Source: Longimicrobiales bacterium
GTDB taxonomy: Bacteria; Gemmatimonadota; Gemmatimonadetes; Longimicrobiales; RSA9
Direction of reading: 5' to 3'
Assembly (NCBI GenBank): GCA_035513295.1
Contig: DATKCH010000001.1
Location: 1-64,000, forward strand
Length of the DNA stretch: 64,000 bases
In this document: piece by piece, positions 27,832 through 34,932 of the stretch
Numbering within the stretch: position 1 is the stretch's first letter
How the letters are laid out: every line of letters begins with the position of its first letter
Made by a program: the position numbers and the translations under genes
The notes under the pieces: model-generated
Databases searched by the model: none
Told to the model about the DNA's origin: nothing
Seen by the model: only the letters and a program-made list of their open reading frames with translations

Positions 27832-29178
27832 ATGGCGCGCGACCTACCTCGACGCGACCCCGCGGCGGGGATTCTGCTCCGACCATTCCAGACATTCTTC
27901 GCTCTCGAGTCCGCGAGCGGGTTGCTGCTTCTGGCCGCCGCGGCGGTGGCCCTGGTGTGGGCGAACTCGCCCTGGGCGCCGTCGTACTTCGCCCTGTGGG
28001 AAAACCACCTGATCGTTGGGGGCGGCGGCTTCATCTTCGACAAGAGCGTGCACCACTGGATCAACGACGGGCTCATGGCCGTCTTCTTCTTCGTGGTAGG
28101 GCTGGAGATCAAGAGGGAGGTTCTGGTGGGCGAGCTGGCGTCGCCCAAGCGGGCGGCGCTGAGCGTGGCGGCGGCGCTGGGCGGGATGGCGGTCCCGGCG
28201 GCCGTCTACGCCACGCTGAACGTCGGCGGTGTGGGCGCGGCCGGGTGGGGCATCCCGATGGCCACGGACATCGCCTTCGCGCTCGGCGTGCTCGCGCTGC
28301 TCGGCAGCCGGGTTCCGCTCTCGCTGAAGGTATTCCTGACCGCCATCGCCATCGTCGACGACCTCGGAGCCGTGCTGGTGATCGCCTTCTTCTATACCGC
28401 GGAGCTCTCTTGGTCGGCGCTGGGCGTAGCTGCCGTCGTCCTGGCGGCGCTCGTGCTGGTGAATCGCCTGGGCGTCCGCAGCCCGACCCCGTACGTGCTC
28501 CTGGGGTTCGTGCTCTGGGCGGCCCTGCTCGAGTCCGGTGTGCACGCGACGCTCGCGGGGGTGCTTCTCGCCCTGACCATCCCGGCCCGGCGCCGGATCG
28601 ACGCGCCGGAGTTCCTGCGGCGGGTCCGGCTCTACGTGGCGGAGTTCGCCGAGGACGTCCCGGCCGGGCGCAGTGAGCCGACAGAGGACCAACGGGACGT
28701 CGTCCGCTCGCTCCAGGTGGTGGCCGAGCAGGTGGAGACGCCGCTGATACGCCTGGAGCACGCCCTGCACCCGTGGGTGGCGTTCTTCATCATGCCGGTC
28801 TTCGCCCTGGCCAACGCGGGCGTATCCATCGGCGGCGACGTTGCCGGAGTGCTCGGGAGTCCCGTCACGCTGGGAATCATCCTCGGCCTGTTCCTGGGGA
28901 AGCAGATCGGCATCCTGGCCTTCTCCTGGGTGGCCGTACGGATGGGCCTCGCGGCGCTGCCCGCGGCCGTGGGCTGGCGGCAGGTCTGGGGCGTCAGTCT
29001 GCTCTGCGGGATCGGATTCACGATGTCGCTGTTCATAGCGGGTCTAGCGTTCGCGCAGTCGCACCTGCTGGACGCGGCGAAGATCGGGATCCTCGCGGCG
29101 TCGCTGATCGCCGGGGTGGCCGGCGCCCTGGTACTGGCCCGGAGCGGGCGTCCGGCCTCGCCTGGAAGCCCCGCATGA
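27832..29178 (+). CDS. nhaA: Na+/H+ antiporter NhaA
   Basis: Has an NhaA profile (FFALESASGLLLLAAAAVALVWANSPW ... GIPMATDIAFALGVLALLG ... IVDDLGAV). An AGGGGGAGGG RBS precedes it, with a CCCCTCG-AAG-CGAGGGG hairpin just upstream. Confidence 0.85.
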   Translation: MARDLPRRDPAAGILLRPFQTFFALESASGLLLLAAAAVALVWANSPWAPSYFALWENHLIVGGGGFIFDKSVHHWINDGLMAVFFFVVGLEIKREVLVGELASPKRAALSVAAALGGMAVPAAVYATLNVGGVGAAGWGIPMATDIAFALGVLALLGSRVPLSLKVFLTAIAIVDDLGAVLVIAFFYTAELSWSALGVAAVVLAALVLVNRLGVRSPTPYVLLGFVLWAALLESGVHATLAGVLLALTIPARRRIDAPEFLRRVRLYVAEFAEDVPAGRSEPTEDQRDVVRSLQVVAEQVETPLIRLEHALHPWVAFFIMPVFALANAGVSIGGDVAGVLGSPVTLGIILGLFLGKQIGILAFSWVAVRMGLAALPAAVGWRQVWGVSLLCGIGFTMSLFIAGLAFAQSHLLDAAKIGILAASLIAGVAGALVLARSGRPASPGSPA

Positions 29179-30413
29179 GCGCCACGCTGATCGTCGTGCT
29201 GGTGGTCATCGGCGCGTACCTGGCGGCGCACGTCGCGTTCGAGTGGCTGGCGCGCCGATTCATGGTGGTCTCGGGGGCCGAATACCTGCTGCTGGGCGTC
29301 CTTCTGGGACCCGAGGTGACCGGGCTGATCAGCCCGCGTACGGTGGGGGGCTTCGCGCCCCTGATGATGCTCGCCCTGGGCTGGATCGGGGCGGTCATCG
29401 GGGCGCAGTTCTTCATACCCGCGCTGGTCCGCATTCGTGGCATGCTTTTCCAGGTCGCGTTCACCGAGGCCGTGCTCTCGTTGGTCCTCGTATCGACGAT
29501 CATGGGGGCGATTCTTCTGTGGTTGTTTCCCCTGACGCCGGGGGCCGCGGTGGTGCCGGCGGTGGCGTTGGGGGCGATCGCGACGGCGTCGGCGCCCTCG
29601 GGGATCGCAGTCGTCTCGCAGAGCCTGGGTCGGCGCGGTCGGGTGGTGCAGCAGCTCGAGGTGGCCACGGCCGTGGACGCGGCGGTGGCGATCGTCGCGT
29701 TCGGTCTGCTGCTCAGCATCGTCCACGTGACTCCGGACGTGGTGCCCCGGGCCCCGACGGCCACCGAGTGGGCGGTGATCGGTGTCGGGATCGGCGTGGT
29801 GGGCGGCGCGCTTTTCCACCTGTTCCTGTGGGGCGAGCGGCAAATCGACCGCCTGTTCATAGCCCTGGCCGGCGCCATCATCCTGGCGAGCGGCGCGGCG
29901 GCGTACCTGGGGCTTTCCCCGCTCCTGCCGACGATGCTCATCGGGGCGATCCTGGTGAACACGTCGAGCAATCGTGGGGAGATCAAGGAGGTCCTCGGTC
30001 GGGTGGAGCGGCCGCTGTACTTCGTGCTCCTGATCTTCGCGGGCGCGGCGTGGCAACCGGAGGTGGCCGGGTGGGTCCTGCCCGTGCTGTTGTTCCTGGT
30101 GGTGCGTCTGCTCACCAAGCTCAGCGCCGCGTGGGTGGCCGCGGCGGCGTGCGGCGCGCTGGGCGAACTCGGCGCGGGTTGGGGCCGAGCGCTGCTGGGG
30201 CAGGGCGGACTCGCCGTCGCAATCGCGCTGAACTATCGGCTTCACGAGGATGCACTCTACGCCGACATCGTATTCACCGCCGGGCTCCTCTCGGTCCTCC
30301 TGACGGACCTTCTCTCCGCCCGCGCGGCCGGCGCTGTCCTGCTACCGCGGCTCCGTCGCAACCCACCCGTGACGAGCACGGGCTTGTCCTCCCTGGAAGG
30401 GGAGGGGGACTGA
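29175..30413 (+). CDS. Cation:proton antiporter (CPA/Na+-H+ exchanger family) membrane protein
   Basis: About 12 TM. The start ATG overlaps the nhaA stop (ATGA). It has a sodium/hydrogen-exchanger-like fold, with no KTN/RCK domain. Confidence 0.65.
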   Translation: MSATLIVVLVVIGAYLAAHVAFEWLARRFMVVSGAEYLLLGVLLGPEVTGLISPRTVGGFAPLMMLALGWIGAVIGAQFFIPALVRIRGMLFQVAFTEAVLSLVLVSTIMGAILLWLFPLTPGAAVVPAVALGAIATASAPSGIAVVSQSLGRRGRVVQQLEVATAVDAAVAIVAFGLLLSIVHVTPDVVPRAPTATEWAVIGVGIGVVGGALFHLFLWGERQIDRLFIALAGAIILASGAAAYLGLSPLLPTMLIGAILVNTSSNRGEIKEVLGRVERPLYFVLLIFAGAAWQPEVAGWVLPVLLFLVVRLLTKLSAAWVAAAACGALGELGAGWGRALLGQGGLAVAIALNYRLHEDALYADIVFTAGLLSVLLTDLLSARAAGAVLLPRLRRNPPVTSTGLSSLEGEGD

Positions 30414-30414
30414 A

Positions 30415-31689
30415 GTGCGACGTCTCCTCATCCTGGGCCTCCTCTTTGGCGGGATGGTCCTCATCCTCCCCCTGGCCTCGGGAGGCCAGGGCAGCCGCAC
30501 CCTCCTCACGTTCGGCTTCCTCATCCTCGCCGCTTACACGGTGGGCGAGATCGCGGCCTCGTTGGGCCTCCCCAAGATCGTGGGCTACCTCGTGGCCGGC
30601 GTCCTCTTCGGCCCCTCCGTGCTGGCTACGGTCAGGCCGGAGGGCGTCGCCCGTCTCGCGCCCGTCAGCGACCTCGCGATCGCGCTGATCGCGTTCCTCG
30701 CGGGCGCCGAGCTGAAATGGGACGAGGTGAGGGAGCGCGGCGTGCTGCTGCTTCGGATCATGACCGCGGAGCTGGCGATCACGTTCATCGCGCTGGCCGC
30801 CACCGTCTGGTTCCTCCAGGACGCGCTGCCGTTTCTCCGGGACGCCCCGCCGGCGAGCGTCGCCGCCGCGGCCATCCTGTTCGCCGCCATCGCCATAGTC
30901 CACTCGCCGGCGGTGACCATGGCGCTGCTCACCGAGACCGGTGCCCGAGGTCCCGTGGCCAAGACCACGTTGGGCGTGGTCCTCCTCGCGGACGTGGCCG
31001 TGGTCCTGTTCTTCAGCGCGGCCATGGCCGTCGCGCGGGCGATCGCACCCCCGGAGGGCGTGGTCGCCACCGCGTCGGTCGGCCTCATCATCTGGGAGAT
31101 CCTCGGTGCACTGGTCGTGGGGGGGCTGCTCGGGGTGGCCGTCGCGGCCTACCTTCGCTTCGTGGGCCGCGAGCTGCTGCTGTTCGCCGTCCTCGTCGCC
31201 TTCTTCGGGTTGGAGATCGCCCGTCTCGCCCATGTAGAGGTGCTCCTCACCCTCCTCATGGCCGGATTCATCACCGAGAACGTCTCCCCGCACGGCGACG
31301 ACCTGCGCGAGGCCCTGGAGCGGTCCGCAGCGCCCATCTTCGTCGTGTTCTTCGCGCTCTCCGGCGCGAAGATCCACCTGCCCGACATCATCCCCCTTCT
31401 CCCGCTCGTGGTGCCGATCGCCGCCGTGCGAGCCGGCGCCATCTGGGCGGGCACGCGCCTGGGCGCCCGGTGGGGCGGCGCCGAGCCCGCCGAGCGCCGC
31501 CTGGTGTGGATGGGGCTGGTATCCCAGGCGGGCGTCGCCATCGGCCTCGCTGCGATCGTAGCCGAGGCGTACGGCGCTCTCGGGGAGCAGATTCGGAATC
31601 TGCTGCTCGCCCTGATCGCCGTGAACGAGACCATCGGCCCGATCCTGTTCCGCCGCGCCCTCGCCCGCGGCGGCGAGGCCGAAGCCTGA
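30415..31689 (+). CDS. Cation:proton antiporter (CPA family) membrane protein, second copy
   Basis: GTG start lies 1 nt after the upstream TGA. About 12 TM, distantly related to the preceding gene (GEIAASLGLPKIVGYLVAGVLFGP). Confidence 0.65.
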   Translation: MRRLLILGLLFGGMVLILPLASGGQGSRTLLTFGFLILAAYTVGEIAASLGLPKIVGYLVAGVLFGPSVLATVRPEGVARLAPVSDLAIALIAFLAGAELKWDEVRERGVLLLRIMTAELAITFIALAATVWFLQDALPFLRDAPPASVAAAAILFAAIAIVHSPAVTMALLTETGARGPVAKTTLGVVLLADVAVVLFFSAAMAVARAIAPPEGVVATASVGLIIWEILGALVVGGLLGVAVAAYLRFVGRELLLFAVLVAFFGLEIARLAHVEVLLTLLMAGFITENVSPHGDDLREALERSAAPIFVVFFALSGAKIHLPDIIPLLPLVVPIAAVRAGAIWAGTRLGARWGGAEPAERRLVWMGLVSQAGVAIGLAAIVAEAYGALGEQIRNLLLALIAVNETIGPILFRRALARGGEAEA

Positions 31690-31827
31690 AGGCGCCGCGG
31701 GCGCGGAACGGGCGCGTGACGACGATCCCTTGGCTATATTCGGCGTTCGGGAAAGACTCCACGGTGCCCCGCCGAGCCTCCGAGGTCGATGCCGCTCTCG
31801 GATCCGAAGCGCGGCGGAGGGATGTTC

Positions 31828-33738
31828 ATGACCCGCCTCCGACTCGAAGCAGCCTCCGTCGTGCTCGCGTTCGCCGGCATGATCGGGGGGCTCATCGCCG
31901 AGCGAGCGGGCGCCGAGGGAGTCGGCGTGGCGGCGTACGCCGTGGCCTACGCCGCCGGCGGCTGGGCGGGCGCCCGCGGGGCTTTCCGGACGCTGGTTCG
32001 CGGCCACGTCCACATCGACCTCCTGATGATCCTGGCCGCGCTGGGCGCGCTGGTCATCGGAGCGCCCTTCGAGGGGGCCATGCTGCTGTTCCTGTTCTCC
32101 CTCTCCAACGTCCTCCAGACCATCGCGATCGGGCGTTCCCGCAAGGCCATCGAGGCGCTGATGGAACTGCGCCCGGAAACCGCGCGCGTGCGGCGCGGGG
32201 AGGAGTGGGTGCCGATCCCGGTGGAGTCGGCGGTCGTCGGCGACGTGTTCCTGGTCACCCCGGGGGACCGGCTACCGCTGGACGGGGACGTGCTGCGGGG
32301 CGCCGGCGAAGTGGACGAGGCGTCGCTGACCGGAGAGTCCATCCCGGTGGACAAGATGCCGGGCGACATGGTCTTCGGAGGCACCATCAACGGCAGCGGG
32401 GCCCTCGAGGTGCGCGTGACCCGACTCGCCGGCGAGAGCGCCATCGCGCGCCTGATCCGACTCGTGGAGGAAGCGCAGGGCCAGAAGGCCGAGACGCAGC
32501 GTATCATCGACCGCTACGAGGAGCCGTACGCGCTCGGCGTGATCGCGCTCACCGTCGCCGCGGTCGTCGTGCCGACGCTGCTATTCGGCGCCGAGTTCCG
32601 GCCGTCCTTCTACCGCGCGATGACGCTGATGGTGGCGGCGAGCCCGTGCGCGCTGGTGATCTCCACGCCCGCCGCCGTGCTCAGCGCCATCGCGGCCGCG
32701 GCGCGCTTCGGCGTGCTCTTCAAGGGGGGCGTGTTCGTGGAGGCGATGGGCGCGGTGCGCGCGATCGCGTTCGACAAGACGGGCACCCTCACGCTCGGCC
32801 GGTCCCGCCTGACCGACATCGTCTCCCTGCGGGACGACCTGGATGAACGGCGCCTGCTGACGCTGGCGGCCGCCGTCCAGACCCACAGCGAGCACCACCT
32901 CGGGGACGCTACGCTGCGCGCGGCGCGTGAGGCGGGCGTGGAGATCCCCCCCGTGTGGGACTTCGAGGCGACGGCGGGACGGGGCGTGGCCGGGACCGTC
33001 GACGGTGCGCGCATCCTCGTCGGCAACGCGCGCCTGTTCGAGAACCGCAACGGCGGCTCACCGCCCTCGAGCCCATGGGCCCGCGCGGAATCGGGCGCCC
33101 ACGGCTTCCGGGAGCGCGGGCGCACGTCGGTGATCGTCGCGGGTGAGGACGGCCAGGGATCGACGGTGCCGCTCGGGATCATGGCGTTCGCCGACGAGGT
33201 CCGGCCGGCGGCAGCCCGCGTGATCACGGCTCTGCGCGATCTCGGCGTGGAGCACATGGCCATGATCACCGGCGACAATCGCGTGGTCGCCGACGCGGTG
33301 GCCCGGAGCGTGGGCCTGGAGGAGTCGCACGCCGAAATCCTGCCGGAGCGGAAGGTGGAGCTGGTGCGCGAGCTGCGGGAGCGGTTCGGCAGCGTGGCCT
33401 ACGTCGGCGACGGCGTGAACGACGCCCCCGCGCTGGCCGCCGCGAACGTTGGCATCGCGATGGGGGGGGCTGGCACCGACGTGGCCCTGGAGACAGCGGA
33501 CGTGGTGCTCATGGCCGACGACCTCAACAAGCTCGCCTTCGCGGTGGCCCTCGGCCGGCGGACCAGGCGGGTGCTGATCGCCAACCTGACGTTCGCGCTC
33601 GGCATCATCGTGGTGATGATCGGCTTCATCCTGACCGTCGGGTTGCCCTTGCCGCTGGCCGTGGTGGGACACGAAGGCAGTACGGTCCTGGTGTCACTGA
33701 ACGGTCTCAGACTGCTGGGTACGCGGCCGGAGTCCTGA
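31828..33738 (+). CDS. P1B-type heavy-metal-translocating ATPase, SPC-motif subgroup (P1B-4-like), without an N-terminal metal-binding domain
   Basis: Has a TM4 SPC motif (MVAASPCALVISTP), phosphorylation site DKTGTLT, the hinge motif VGDGVNDAPAL and an HP-type motif (HSEHHLGDA in the nucleotide-binding domain). The ORF track starts at 31789; MTRLRL has better RBS spacing. Confidence 0.8.
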   Translation: MTRLRLEAASVVLAFAGMIGGLIAERAGAEGVGVAAYAVAYAAGGWAGARGAFRTLVRGHVHIDLLMILAALGALVIGAPFEGAMLLFLFSLSNVLQTIAIGRSRKAIEALMELRPETARVRRGEEWVPIPVESAVVGDVFLVTPGDRLPLDGDVLRGAGEVDEASLTGESIPVDKMPGDMVFGGTINGSGALEVRVTRLAGESAIARLIRLVEEAQGQKAETQRIIDRYEEPYALGVIALTVAAVVVPTLLFGAEFRPSFYRAMTLMVAASPCALVISTPAAVLSAIAAAARFGVLFKGGVFVEAMGAVRAIAFDKTGTLTLGRSRLTDIVSLRDDLDERRLLTLAAAVQTHSEHHLGDATLRAAREAGVEIPPVWDFEATAGRGVAGTVDGARILVGNARLFENRNGGSPPSSPWARAESGAHGFRERGRTSVIVAGEDGQGSTVPLGIMAFADEVRPAAARVITALRDLGVEHMAMITGDNRVVADAVARSVGLEESHAEILPERKVELVRELRERFGSVAYVGDGVNDAPALAAANVGIAMGGAGTDVALETADVVLMADDLNKLAFAVALGRRTRRVLIANLTFALGIIVVMIGFILTVGLPLPLAVVGHEGSTVLVSLNGLRLLGTRPES

Positions 33739-33809
33739 GCGCACCGAAGGGCGCCCTCGGACGCGCCGCGCGGCGAGCGGGACGCCCTCTCGACGCCCCG
33801 CTCACCGGT

Positions 33810-34304
33810 TCAGGGCGCGCCGACCCCTCCCGTCCGGCGTGCGCCCTTCCGCTTCAACTCCCGCAGTGGAGACCCGGCGTCCACCGAGGCCTCCACTGCC
33901 CCCGGCCCGGCGCGCTCCGCCGCGAGCTCCTCGGCGTGCTCCACGTTGCGCCGGACCGAGGCCCCGGACAGGGCGCCCTCCCCCGCCGTATCCGGGTCCA
34001 TCAGCGTCGCGCTCAGGGCGCGGAAGTCCTGCGTGATGCCGACCTCGTCGTGTCGGGGCGCGTAGGCCTGCAGCGTGCCCACGAACGCGACCGTCAGGAT
34101 CACCGCGAACGCCGTCGCGGGCGTCCGGAACCGCAAGCTGATCCACTCGATCGTCGCGCCGAACGCGAACCCCGCGGCGGCCGCGGCGCCCACCTGCGGA
34201 CCCGGAACCCCGAAGTGCCAGGCCGAAGCGCCGGCGCCGGCGCCGAACACGAGTCCCGTGATCGTGCCGAATCGTAGCCAATCCATGACCGCGTTGCGTC
34301 GCAT
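33810..34304 (-). CDS. Hypothetical membrane protein
   Basis: 164-aa ORF with two or three hydrophobic helices and an acidic C-terminus. No recognisable family. Confidence 0.3.
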   Translation of the reverse strand: MRRNAVMDWLRFGTITGLVFGAGAGASAWHFGVPGPQVGAAAAAGFAFGATIEWISLRFRTPATAFAVILTVAFVGTLQAYAPRHDEVGITQDFRALSATLMDPDTAGEGALSGASVRRNVEHAEELAAERAGPGAVEASVDAGSPLRELKRKGARRTGGVGAP

Positions 34305-34443
34305 TTCGTGTATCTCCCGCCGAAGAGCGGTGGGGTGATTTCGCTCGTCGGTTGCCGGGATGTAGAGCCAGAGACGTGCCGCACTCGCCGGATACGGCTC
34401 AGATGTCCGTAATCGATGTTATTCAAGGGAGATAGGAGACTTT

Positions 34444-34457
34444 CCACAGTACTGTGG
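34444..34457. promoter_or_regulatory. Perfect 14-bp palindrome CCACAGTACTGTGG in an AT-rich island of a 630-bp non-coding gap
   Basis: The palindrome is seen directly. Flanking sequence (atgttattcaagggagataggagacttt) is about 45% GC, against about 70% GC for the genome. Confidence 0.3.
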
Positions 34458-34575
34458 GAAACCCGGGGCGGGGCGCAGGCGCCGGCGGAAGGCGTGGGGC
34501 GCTTGCACTTTGCGATACGCTGCTTCGCACCGCGCCGCGCGAGGGCGCCACAATCGACCGTCCAGGACCGCGCTC

Positions 34576-34839
34576 CTAAAGCCGGGCCGACGAAACCTCA
34601 GCCGTCCGGAGCGGGATTCCAGCGGTCGACAGGGTGTCCACGGCGCTGGCGGGATCGCCGATCCGATAGTCGTCGAGGATCGGGCGTTCGGGCGTGTAGA
34701 GGGCGGCGGGATAGGGTTCGAAGACGCAGTCGGCGAACACGGCGGTGGGGAACAGCACCGCCCTGCCGGCCAGCACGACCGCGCACCGGACGTCGGTGAC
34801 CGCCAGGTCCGAACGCGAAAGGTCGCAGGTCCAGCCCAT
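34576..34839 (-). CDS. Possible small pentapeptide-repeat-like ORF (87 aa)
   Basis: Five-residue periodicity (DLSRS DLAVT DVRCA VVLAG RAVLF PTAVF ADCVF). No clear RBS. Confidence 0.2.
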   Translation of the reverse strand: MGWTCDLSRSDLAVTDVRCAVVLAGRAVLFPTAVFADCVFEPYPAALYTPERPILDDYRIGDPASAVDTLSTAGIPLRTAEVSSARL

Positions 34840-34932
34840 GGAGGACCGCGTAGGTCAGGTCGCCCCCGGAGTCGAGGTGGGCGCGCAGCCTCGCCGGATC
34901 GTCGAACTCGCGCGTGGTCCGGAGGGGCGTCG

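Noticed and set aside
34444-34457. Palindrome CCACAGTACTGTGG as a LexA/SOS box
   Set aside because: The LexA consensus is CTGT-N8-ACAG. Here the half-sites are in the opposite order (ACAGT-ACTGT) with no spacer, so it is not a canonical SOS box.
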